DNA from: Pirellulales bacterium
Lineage (GTDB): Bacteria > Planctomycetota > Planctomycetia > Pirellulales > JAICIG01
Assembly (NCBI GenBank): GCA_035252155.1
Contig: DATFDL010000776.1
Coordinates: forward strand, 1,392-65,391
Length of the DNA stretch: 64,000 bases
Direction of reading: 5' to 3'
In this document: positions 7,915-16,118 of the stretch, in pieces
Position numbering within the stretch: the first letter of the stretch is position 1
Layout: every line of letters begins with the position of its first letter
Made by a program: the position numbers and the translations under genes
The notes under the pieces: model-generated
Databases searched by the model: none
Seen by the model: only the letters and a program-made list of their open reading frames with translations
Told to the model about the DNA's origin: nothing

Positions 7915-9486
7915 ATGGAATTCAAAGAAGGCCATACCGTCGGCATCGACCTGGGAACCACGTTTTCGGCCATCGCCAAGCTCGACGAGAACGGCGCGCC
8001 GGTGGCCCTGCTCAATGAAGAAGAGGAAGTCGAAACGCCCAGCCTGATCGTACTGGCGCAGAGCGGGCATGTGATTGTCGGCCCCAGCCGCACGCGGGCC
8101 GCCATGGAAGACCCAGAGCACGTCGTCGAGCGCGTCAAGCGCCACATGGGCAGCGCTGAATACAAGCGCACCTTCGACGGCCATGAGATCACGCCCGAAT
8201 TTCTCTCGGCCCTGATCCTGAAGAAGCTGCGGCAAGACGCCGAAAAACGGATCGGCCCCATCGGCAATGCCGTAATCACCGTGCCGTATTATTTCAACGA
8301 CGCCCGACGCAAGGCCACGCAAGACGCCGGCCGCATTTCGGGCATGAACGTGATCGACATCATCAATGAGCCGACCGCCGCCACGCTCACCTACGCTTGG
8401 CACCGGGGCGAGCTGGGGGTGGGCAAGTTCGAGAAGCCGCACATGGCGTTGGTCTACGACCTGGGCGGCGGCACGTTCGACGTGACCGTGGTCAAGTACA
8501 CGCCGACGCACTTTCAGGTGCTGGCCACCGACGGCGACGTGTATCTGGGCGGCATCGATTGGAACGATCGCTTGCTCAACTATGTAGCCGACGAATTCAA
8601 GAAGCGGCACGGGTCCGACCCGCGCGATTCGGCCGCCACCACCCAGGTGCTGCGCAACGATTGCGACCAGGCCAAGATCGCGCTCTCGAATCAGCCACAG
8701 GCTTCGATTGTCTGCCGGCATGAGGGAAAGAGCGCCTCGGTCACCGTCACGCGCGAGCAGTTCGAGCAGATGACCGCCGACCTGCTGCAACGCACGATCG
8801 ACACCACCGAATTGGTGATCGAACAGGCCAAGATTCAACCGCAAGACCTCGACGCGATCGTGCTGGTGGGCGGCTCGACGCTGATGCCCCGCGTGCCGCT
8901 GCTGCTGGAACAAGTGACGGGCAAAAAACCGTTCCAAGAGCTATCGCCGCACACGGCGGTGGCCCAGGGCGCCGCCATCCACGCGGCCATTCTCGAAGCT
9001 AAGTTTCGCGGCACCGGCAGCGAGTTGGCCGACACCGTGCGGCGCTATCTGAAAAACGTCAAGCAGGACGACGTCAATTCGCACAGCCTCGGCGTAGTGA
9101 TTAAAGATCCGCAAACCAAGAAACCGCGCAACCACGTGATGATCCCCCGCAACACGCGGCTGCCGGTCGAAAAGCAGCAGGTGTTCAACACCATCGAGCC
9201 CAACCAGGTGCGGGCCACCGTCCGAGTGATCGAAGGCGATGCGCCCGATCCGGCGGCCTGCTCGCTGATCGGCAATTGCAGCATCACGAACTTACCGGCA
9301 AGCTTACCCAAGGGATCGCCGGTCGAAGTGACGTATTCCTACGGCACCGATGGCCGGGTGCGCGTGCGGGCCCGCGACAAGACGGGCGGGCGCGAGGCCG
9401 CCATCGAGATCGAACGTCGCGGCGGGCTAAACGAGCAGCAGATCGACGGATACGCCAATTTGGCCCAGCAATACGTGGTGCAGTGA
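7915..9486 (+). CDS. Atypical Hsp70-family protein lacking the C-terminal helical lid
   Basis: Motifs GIDLGTTFSAIA, LVYDLGGGTFDVTVV and LVGGSTLMPRVP, plus a beta-sandwich SBD-like region. The protein ends about 523 aa in. The ATG at 7915 is preferred over the TTG at 7900. Confidence 0.85.
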   Translation: MEFKEGHTVGIDLGTTFSAIAKLDENGAPVALLNEEEEVETPSLIVLAQSGHVIVGPSRTRAAMEDPEHVVERVKRHMGSAEYKRTFDGHEITPEFLSALILKKLRQDAEKRIGPIGNAVITVPYYFNDARRKATQDAGRISGMNVIDIINEPTAATLTYAWHRGELGVGKFEKPHMALVYDLGGGTFDVTVVKYTPTHFQVLATDGDVYLGGIDWNDRLLNYVADEFKKRHGSDPRDSAATTQVLRNDCDQAKIALSNQPQASIVCRHEGKSASVTVTREQFEQMTADLLQRTIDTTELVIEQAKIQPQDLDAIVLVGGSTLMPRVPLLLEQVTGKKPFQELSPHTAVAQGAAIHAAILEAKFRGTGSELADTVRRYLKNVKQDDVNSHSLGVVIKDPQTKKPRNHVMIPRNTRLPVEKQQVFNTIEPNQVRATVRVIEGDAPDPAACSLIGNCSITNLPASLPKGSPVEVTYSYGTDGRVRVRARDKTGGREAAIEIERRGGLNEQQIDGYANLAQQYVVQ

Positions 9487-10514
9487 GCGCGCAACCCGAC
9501 GTCTACCGCGATTGGCTGGAGATCAGCGAGACGGCGCGTCCGCTGAACCACTACCAGCTCTTGAAACTGAAGCTGTTCGAGGACGACGCCAACGTCATCC
9601 GCGGCAGCTACCGCAAGTTGAACGCGCACGTGCGTAAATACGCCGCCGGCGAATTCGGCCCACGCTCGCAGGAGCTGCTCAATGAGCTCTGCCAGGCGAT
9701 GCTTTGCCTGACCGACGCGGTGCGCAAGGCCGAATACGACGCCTCACTGGGGCGGGCGGCGGCGCCCGTGGCCGGCAAGGCCAAAAACTTCGAGGAGCTG
9801 CTGGTGGCTCGCAAGGTGCTTACCTCGGAACAGCTCGACAAGGCGAGGCGGTTTTCGCGGACAATCGGCGTGGAGGTGCGCGACGCTATATTCCAGCAGC
9901 GGCTGGCGCCGGCCGACCAGGTGATGCAGGTCTACGCCGACTCGATCGGCCTGCCGTTCATCAACCTGGAGGACGTCGACATCGACGAAGGGCTGGTACC
10001 CAAGATGCCCGCCGTGACCGCCCGGCAGCAGTCGTGTGTTCCGTTGATGGCAGTCGACGGCCGGGTATTGGTGATGGCGCCTCATCTGTTGCCGCCCGAG
10101 ATCGAAGACCTGCTGCGGCTGCGGTTTGGCGTGCCGGTGCGGATGGTGCTCTGCACGCCGGCCGATGTCAACCAGGTGATCGCCAAGCATTTTCCCAAGG
10201 AAGCGGCGGCGGCCGAAATGGCGGCCGGGCCGGCCAAACGGGCGGCGAAGGCCACGCCAGAGACGAAGGAAAAAGCGGCGGCGCAGCCCGCAGCCCAGGC
10301 GGACCTGACCTACGAAGAAAAGAAACAGGCCAAGAAACAGCGACTGATTAATTGCTTTTTGGTGGCCAACATTTGCGTGATCGTTTTCATGATCGGGCTG
10401 GGAACTGCCACGCAGTACCTGGTAAGGCACCCGTGGCTAAGTACGCTGGTGGGCATCGTCTTTTGGGCAGGCGTATTCGGCGCCACTTGGGTCGTCACCG
10501 AGCTGAAGAAGTGA
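9483..10514 (+). CDS. Membrane-anchored J-like (HPD-less) protein with T2SS-E N-terminal (MshEN-type) domain
   Basis: GTG at 9483 overlaps the Hsp70 stop (GTGA). The N-terminus aligns to J-domain helices (YQLLKL..IRGSYRKLNAHVRKY..LCLTDAVRKAEYDASLG), with HVR in place of HPD. The middle part reads LLVARKVLTSEQLDKARRF..IGLPFINLEDVDIDEGLVPKMP..VPLMAVDGRVLVMAP, which is T2SSE_N-like. There are two C-terminal TM helices. Confidence 0.6.
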   Translation: MSAQPDVYRDWLEISETARPLNHYQLLKLKLFEDDANVIRGSYRKLNAHVRKYAAGEFGPRSQELLNELCQAMLCLTDAVRKAEYDASLGRAAAPVAGKAKNFEELLVARKVLTSEQLDKARRFSRTIGVEVRDAIFQQRLAPADQVMQVYADSIGLPFINLEDVDIDEGLVPKMPAVTARQQSCVPLMAVDGRVLVMAPHLLPPEIEDLLRLRFGVPVRMVLCTPADVNQVIAKHFPKEAAAAEMAAGPAKRAAKATPETKEKAAAQPAAQADLTYEEKKQAKKQRLINCFLVANICVIVFMIGLGTATQYLVRHPWLSTLVGIVFWAGVFGATWVVTELKK

Positions 10515-10542
10515 CGGCGACGCCGAACCGCTCGTTGCGTAT

Positions 10543-10645
10543 CTGTAGGGTGGGCCGAGCGAAGCGAATCCCACCGTTGCCTCATCATGAAGCATCAGCG
10601 TGGCGCAAGCGAAAGGTGGGGCTCGCAAGCTCGTCCCACCCTACG
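10543..10645. repeat. REPIN-like doublet (class E: GTAGGGTGGG..CCCACC)
   Basis: CTGTAGGGTGGGCCGAGCGAAGCGAATCCCACC ... GGTGGGGCTCGCAAGCTCGTCCCACCCTACG. Each arm is a GTAG head plus a hairpin. The element sits between convergent genes, and the right arm contains the stop of the receiver gene. Confidence 0.75.
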
Positions 10646-11021
10646 CCTGTTCTCGCAAGAACCTGGCCAGCTTTTCGTGCGTGCCGGGGTCGTCGAGCTG
10701 GGCCTTGCCAAAGCCTGGTTCGGCTCCCGCGGCAATCGCCTTCTGTTGATGCTCGGCAAAATTGGTGACGAGCATCACCGGCATGGACGACAACTGAGGA
10801 TCTGTCTTCATGGCCTTGATGATCGCCAAGCCATCGTCGCCATCGGCGTCGAGCTTGCGATTGACCAGCACCAGGTCGAAGTTGCCATTGCGCAAAGCCG
10901 TCAGCGCGTCGTCACGTTGATGCGCTCGCACCACACGGGCGCCGAATTGGCCTTCGACCAACCGGCGAATGGAACCGTGGTCGAGATTGCACTGGCCGAC
11001 GTCGAGAACCAGTTTGGGCAT
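10641..11021 (-). CDS. Stand-alone receiver-like domain protein with Asn at the phospho-acceptor position
   Basis: 126 aa from ATG 11021. CheY-like pattern KLVLDVGQ..FDLVLVNRKLDADGDDG..PVMLVTN..GFGKA. By alignment to the DLVLLD consensus, the D57-equivalent reads N. Confidence 0.65.
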   Translation of the reverse strand: MPKLVLDVGQCNLDHGSIRRLVEGQFGARVVRAHQRDDALTALRNGNFDLVLVNRKLDADGDDGLAIIKAMKTDPQLSSMPVMLVTNFAEHQQKAIAAGAEPGFGKAQLDDPGTHEKLARFLREQA

Positions 11022-11028
11022 GGCAGCA

Positions 11029-11058
11029 GGGTTCAGGGTTCGGGGCTGTGGGTTCGGG
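11029..11058. repeat. Single G-rich arm of the GGGTTCA family
   Basis: GGGTTCAGGGTTCGGGGCTGTGGGTTCGGG starts 8 nt upstream of the receiver gene start. On the sense strand it reads (GAACCC)n. Confidence 0.7.
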
Positions 11059-11087
11059 ACGCGCAAGCGTATTGCGTCATGGCGCTT

Positions 11088-11145
11088 GGAGGATGGCCTT
11101 CCAGGCCGTCGCCGCCGGGGTGGACGGCCTGGAAGGCCATCCTCC
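11088..11145. repeat. Near-perfect 23-bp-stem palindrome
   Basis: GGAGGATGGCCTTCCAGGCCGTC - 12 nt loop - GACGGCCTGGAAGGCCATCCTCC. Confidence 0.8.
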
Positions 11146-11251
11146 GCGTTCGACAATCGAAATCCTTGCACTAACCATGCCGGGGCATCGCCAAGGCTCT
11201 GCCCAGCCACCGGCAGTAAGCTTATGCAACGGCCGGCCACAAGGGCCGGGG

Positions 11252-13183
11252 CTATCGGCCGACTAGGGTTTCATCCGATGTTTCGGCTGCGGCTTGCTCT
11301 CCGGTATCCATCGGCACGATCGCAAACAGGTGCGACTTGTTCGAGACGTACAACACATTATTGGCCACCACAGGCGTGCTGTAGACCGAGTTGCCCATGT
11401 CGATCTGGTGCAGCGGCTGATGCTCGCCGTTGTCGTCTTTCTTCATCGCCACGTCCGGATCGGACGAGAGGCCGAAGATCGACAGCTTGCCTTCTGCGTC
11501 GCCGACATACACCTTGTCGCCGACGATCATGGCCGAGCCCCAGTTTTCGGCGAACAGGTCGTGCGTCCAATAGACCTTGCCATTCTTGGCGTCGACGCAG
11601 TGAAACAAGCCGCTGAAGTCGGGAATAAACAGCAGCCCGTCTTTGATGGCCACGGTGCCACAGGTGCGGTGCATTTTTTCTTCGAAGTCGGCGATGTCGC
11701 CGTCGCCGTTCACGTCGTATTCGGTGTAGTGCCATACCGCGGCTGAATTGGGATTGTCGATCGCCACTTCGCCGTCTTCTTCGATCACGGCTTGCAGCCG
11801 CCGCTTGGGCAGCACGTGCTTGCGGTCGTCGACCTTTACCGCCAACTCGCTGCTGACGTCGCCGCGCTTGGTGGGATCGATGCACCAGAGATGCCCGTTG
11901 CCCTCGCCGTGCTCAGGGTCTTCGCCCACCGCGATATAGACCAGATTTTCATAGATCACCGGCGTGCCGATGATGTGGTTCCGCGTGCTGCGGCCTTGGA
12001 CGCTATATTTGGCGGTTTTCGGATTGCAGTCGAACTCCCAGAGCAGTTCGGGCTTGCCGTCGTCGGTGGCTTCGCCGCGGAAGCTGCGCAACCAGCCGTC
12101 GCCGCCGCCGAAGAGCACTTGCGGCACGCCGTCGATCACCGCGTAAGCGGGCGACGACCATTGGCCGTGCAAGATGTTCTCGCCCGGCGAGTTATCTTGC
12201 CAGAGCACCTTGCCGGTGTTTTTGTCGAGGCAGAGAAAGCTGGGGGCCTCTGGCGAAGGGATTTCCGTGTGTCCTTCGTCGACGCCGTTCGAGGTGTTGA
12301 CAAACAGCAGGTCGCCGGCCGACGTGACCGAGCAACTGCACATATTGTGCTGCGAGACCTTCAACTGGCGCATCATGTCGAGATACCAGATGACGTCGGC
12401 CTCGTCTTTGTTGGTGCTCTGCTCGGCCTGAAACGGTCCGTCGTTCTCGTCGTCCAAAAACCCTTCGGTGTCGAGGCAGGCGACTTCGCCGCGGCTGGTG
12501 ACGAACCACAGCCGGTCGCCCTCGACCAGCGGCGCACAGCAGATGCCTTGCAACGGCCAATCGTGTACCCGGCCGGTGGGCAGCTTTTCGCTCGAATGCT
12601 GCCAGAGAAAATGCCCATCGGCTTCGTCGAAGCAGAGCAAACAGCCCAGGTCGACATCGGCCGGGTAACGCTTCAGATAACCGGCGCCGTTATTGGTGCC
12701 GACAAACACCTTGCCGTCGGCCACCACGGGGTTGCCGTAGCTTTGGCTGCCCAATCGCGCGACCCATTTGATGTTATGCGAGGTCTCACTCTGCCACTCG
12801 CTGGTGTCGCTGATTTCGCCAGGCGACCACTCGGTGGGAATATTCTTGCCCACCGGCACATTGTTGCGAATCGGCGAGCCGCCCCATTGGTTCCACTCGC
12901 GGTTCGGCTCGGCAGTTTCGTCATCCGCGGGTTTGCTCGCGGTATGAGCCGCCTGCTGGCCGGCGGCTTCCGACGCGACGTCGTTCTCTGCGGCGGCATC
13001 GTTGGCTACGCTGCTATCGTCGGCTGGCGCGGAGTCGTTGTCCGTCGCCTTGGACGCGACCACGTGGGCGTCGGTGCTATTCGCCGTAGTGTTTTGGGCC
13101 GTCGGCGGCGTCGATTTCGAGCAACCTATTTCTAGGGTGGCCAAGAGAACGACTGGCAGAACAAGAGCAAGATACTTTTTCAT
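11252..13183 (-). CDS. PQQ-like beta-propeller repeat protein, probable secreted or lipid-anchored
   Basis: MKKYLALVLPVVLLATLEIGCSKS signal, an acidic low-complexity linker, then WNQWGGSPIRNN and propeller blades. Start trimmed to ATG 13183. Confidence 0.8.
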   Translation of the reverse strand: MKKYLALVLPVVLLATLEIGCSKSTPPTAQNTTANSTDAHVVASKATDNDSAPADDSSVANDAAAENDVASEAAGQQAAHTASKPADDETAEPNREWNQWGGSPIRNNVPVGKNIPTEWSPGEISDTSEWQSETSHNIKWVARLGSQSYGNPVVADGKVFVGTNNGAGYLKRYPADVDLGCLLCFDEADGHFLWQHSSEKLPTGRVHDWPLQGICCAPLVEGDRLWFVTSRGEVACLDTEGFLDDENDGPFQAEQSTNKDEADVIWYLDMMRQLKVSQHNMCSCSVTSAGDLLFVNTSNGVDEGHTEIPSPEAPSFLCLDKNTGKVLWQDNSPGENILHGQWSSPAYAVIDGVPQVLFGGGDGWLRSFRGEATDDGKPELLWEFDCNPKTAKYSVQGRSTRNHIIGTPVIYENLVYIAVGEDPEHGEGNGHLWCIDPTKRGDVSSELAVKVDDRKHVLPKRRLQAVIEEDGEVAIDNPNSAAVWHYTEYDVNGDGDIADFEEKMHRTCGTVAIKDGLLFIPDFSGLFHCVDAKNGKVYWTHDLFAENWGSAMIVGDKVYVGDAEGKLSIFGLSSDPDVAMKKDDNGEHQPLHQIDMGNSVYSTPVVANNVLYVSNKSHLFAIVPMDTGEQAAAETSDETLVGR

Positions 13184-13216
13184 GTTGACTTTTGCACTTT
13201 GCATTTTGACTTTCCC

Positions 13217-15808
13217 CTACCGGTTCTCCGTAACCGAAAGATTATCGATAAAAATCTCGGCATCGTCGGCCTTGCCAAAGAGGCCGGGGCTGCCGATGAC
13301 GTTGGGCGCCTCGTCGACCGCCTCGATCGACCAATCTTCTGGCTCGTCGTCGCCGCGCGGCCAGACCTTGCCTCTCAGCACCGCCTTACCCTCTTCGACT
13401 GACGCCTGAAACTTCATCGTGTACCAGGTATCGTAGTTCCACTTGAACGGCACTGTCGTCGAGAAACGATTCGGCTGGCCCGTCCACGAACGAACCTGTA
13501 ACTGCTGTTTAATGCCCATGAGGACCAGCGTATATCGCTGGGCGATCAGGCCGATATCCGGCTGCTTGCCGTCGCGGATCGAGCCGCGTACGTCGGCCTG
13601 AATCGTGTAGTCGTGATAGTCCGGTTGCCCCATCCAGCACTGGCTGCGAGTGCCCAAGGGAATGGTGGTAATCTTGACCATCACACCGTTGCCTTCACTT
13701 TCCAGCTTGCCGCGCGACACGTCAAGGCCCACGTCGCCGTCTTCGCCCGTCCACTTGTAGTCGGCGATGATCCCCGCCTCGCGCACCAGCTTTAGGGCCG
13801 GCTCTAATTCTTTCTTGGCCCCGCCCAGCGTCTTGACCGACTTGCTCCCGTCAAGTTCGAGGTATCGCAAGAAGTTGGTCCACAGTCGGCGCGGGGTGCG
13901 GTCGTTGAAACTGGCCTTGTCCTGACCGGAGTTAAGAAACGTCGTCGTCAGATAGATGTAAAGTTGGCCGGCCCGCTCGTCTTGCTGCTTGAGCGATTCG
14001 AGCAGATCGAAATCGAGGGCGATGTGCCGATAGCGGGCGCCCACCCAGGTGATCGGCACCCGTTGGTTGGCAAAGTCGAATTTCCAAGGCAGCGGCGGCA
14101 CGATGCGAATGCGGGCCTTGCCCGTCAGATCGCCCACCTTGGCGGTCACCGTGCAGCCCACGTGCTCGTCTCCGCGGTCGGCGGTGAACGTTCCCTTGTC
14201 GTCGATCTTGCCGCCGCCATCGACTTCAAAGGCCACGTCGTCTGCCTTGGCCTCTTGAATGAACCGCCCGCGAGCGTCGTACAACCGCGCGGTATATTGC
14301 ACCTGCTCGCCCGGAGCGATCAGCGATTCGACCGGCACGACCTGCACGTGGGCCGGCTGCTGGTCTTCGCCAGCGGCTTCTTCCTGCGGCGGCTCGGGCC
14401 GCTGGTCGACGCCGGTCTTGGAGTCGGCATTGCCCAGGCAATAGAGCGTTTCGGTCGTGGGCAGATAAATCCGGCCATGCGAGACGATCGGCGAGCCATG
14501 TACTTCCTGGCCTTGACCGAAGCGGATCTTATCGATGATTTTCACGCCTTTTTCCGTGGGTTCGAGCACGTGCCAGCCGCTGGTGGTGCAGGCGTAAATC
14601 TTTCCGTCGGCATAGAGCAAGCTGGCTCGGGCAATGGTGCCGATGAGCCGCTGCTTGGCGATCTGCTTGCCCGTCTTGGTGTCGAACACATACAACGGCC
14701 CACCGTCATCGAGAGCGTAAAGTCGGCCATCGACCACTACCGGCGAGCTTTTGCCGATCATGATCTGTCGCTTCGACCAGATTTTGCCGCTTTTGGTGAT
14801 GTCGATGCTCTTGGCCGCGGGATCGAGATTGGCGGTGCCGTCGATGGCGCAGATGCCGCCCTGCGTGTTGTCGTTGATGTTTTCTTCGCTGTGGCTCATA
14901 TAGACGGCGTCGCCCTCAACCACCGGCGTCGTATTCAGCCCCCGCTGCGAAATATAGCAGCTCCACAGCGGCCGGCCCGTGCGCGGCTGAAAGGCCCACA
15001 CGCCGCCGTCGCCCGAGCCAAAAATCATCGCCGCTTGCCCGCCAAGCACCGTGAGCACCGGCGTGCTGTAGGTGGTATCGGTAGGCCGCAGTCGCGTGCC
15101 GTTGAACCAGCGGGGCACGCCGGTCCGCTTGTCGAACGCCACAAAGCGATGGGCGGGCTGGGCCATCTCGCCCCAGCCGATCACCACGGCGTTGATAATC
15201 ACCAGGTCTTCAAACACGACGGGCACATTGGTCCGCCCGCCGTAGGTGCTTAAAAAACCATATTCTTCGCTCAGCGAGTGCGACCAGATGGTTTCACCGG
15301 TGTCCCCGTCGAGACATTGAAAGTAATCGCACACGCCCATCGCATAGATGCGGCCCGTGGCGGGATCGCCCGTGCAGCACGACCAGCCCAGCCGCTCTTT
15401 GGGCACGTCGGAGAGAAAGACATTAAAACGGTTTTCCCAGAGGATCTCGCCGGTGTTGGCGTCGGCGCAAACCACTTTCTCTTGTTCGCGGGGAGTGCCC
15501 GGCTCGTGGCTGCAGATGGTGTAGAGCTTGCCCCGCATGACGATGGGCGTCGAGCGGCTGCCCAGGGCATCGCTTTTCCAGATAACGTTGTCGCCCTCTT
15601 TGCTCCAATGGTCGATCAGGCCGGTCTCGCGCGAGATGCCATTTTGCTCCGGCCCGCGCCAATTGGGCCAATCCAAGGGATCGATCTCCGCGGCACCTTC
15701 CGATTTATCTTGGGCCACCACCGGTCGGACCAAAGCGACAACCGGCGCCACGGCCAGCATCCAACATCCATACGGAACGAAAACCAAAGCCGCGCGAAAG
15801 AGACTCAT
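13217..15808 (-). CDS. PQQ-like beta-propeller protein with C-terminal LamG/concanavalin-like domain
   Basis: DWPNWRGPEQNGISRETG plus blades. The C-terminus DYTIQADVRG...YTLVLMG...WYTMKFQASV...AEIFIDNLSV looks jelly-roll-like. The ATG at 15808 is preferred over the TTG at 15823. Confidence 0.75.
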   Translation of the reverse strand: MSLFRAALVFVPYGCWMLAVAPVVALVRPVVAQDKSEGAAEIDPLDWPNWRGPEQNGISRETGLIDHWSKEGDNVIWKSDALGSRSTPIVMRGKLYTICSHEPGTPREQEKVVCADANTGEILWENRFNVFLSDVPKERLGWSCCTGDPATGRIYAMGVCDYFQCLDGDTGETIWSHSLSEEYGFLSTYGGRTNVPVVFEDLVIINAVVIGWGEMAQPAHRFVAFDKRTGVPRWFNGTRLRPTDTTYSTPVLTVLGGQAAMIFGSGDGGVWAFQPRTGRPLWSCYISQRGLNTTPVVEGDAVYMSHSEENINDNTQGGICAIDGTANLDPAAKSIDITKSGKIWSKRQIMIGKSSPVVVDGRLYALDDGGPLYVFDTKTGKQIAKQRLIGTIARASLLYADGKIYACTTSGWHVLEPTEKGVKIIDKIRFGQGQEVHGSPIVSHGRIYLPTTETLYCLGNADSKTGVDQRPEPPQEEAAGEDQQPAHVQVVPVESLIAPGEQVQYTARLYDARGRFIQEAKADDVAFEVDGGGKIDDKGTFTADRGDEHVGCTVTAKVGDLTGKARIRIVPPLPWKFDFANQRVPITWVGARYRHIALDFDLLESLKQQDERAGQLYIYLTTTFLNSGQDKASFNDRTPRRLWTNFLRYLELDGSKSVKTLGGAKKELEPALKLVREAGIIADYKWTGEDGDVGLDVSRGKLESEGNGVMVKITTIPLGTRSQCWMGQPDYHDYTIQADVRGSIRDGKQPDIGLIAQRYTLVLMGIKQQLQVRSWTGQPNRFSTTVPFKWNYDTWYTMKFQASVEEGKAVLRGKVWPRGDDEPEDWSIEAVDEAPNVIGSPGLFGKADDAEIFIDNLSVTENR

Positions 15809-15912
15809 AAGAGGTATTTTCAATAGGAGGCGGGACCGGCGAACCGGTTTTGGCGGGCAAAATACGTGGCTCTAGGATACGCTCCGGCCCGCCGGTTCGG
15901 CAAGCCGCCAGC

Positions 15913-16050
15913 GCGGGAGCGAGGGAGCAAGGGAGCGAGGGAGCAGGGGAGAAACGGAGCAACGCGGACAAGAAGCGCGTGACAAGAAACCACGTCCTGC
16001 GTCTCCTCTGCTCCCGTGCTCCCCCTCTCCCATGCTCCGTTTTCGCTTGC
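15913..16050. repeat. Octamer-armed element: (GGGAGCRA)n - core - inverted (GCTCCC)-type array
   Basis: GGGAGCGAGGGAGCAAGGGAGCGAGGGAGCAGGGGAG..., a 41-nt core, then CTCCTCTGCTCCCGTGCTCCCCCTCTCCCATGCTCC. The complementarity is imperfect. It lies in a divergent intergenic region. Confidence 0.75.
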
Positions 16051-16118
16051 TACCCGCCCCGCGCCAGCATACAACAATCGGGTCGGGCCGCGTGCCGCAC
16101 TTTTAGGAATTTCGCCAC

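Noticed and set aside
7738-8937. 399-aa minus-strand ORF
   Set aside because: It is antisense to the Hsp70 gene, which has unambiguous family motifs.
11792-15253. 447-aa and 429-aa plus-strand ORFs
   Set aside because: They are antisense to the two PQQ-like propeller genes, with no motifs and Arg/Ala/Gly-rich composition.
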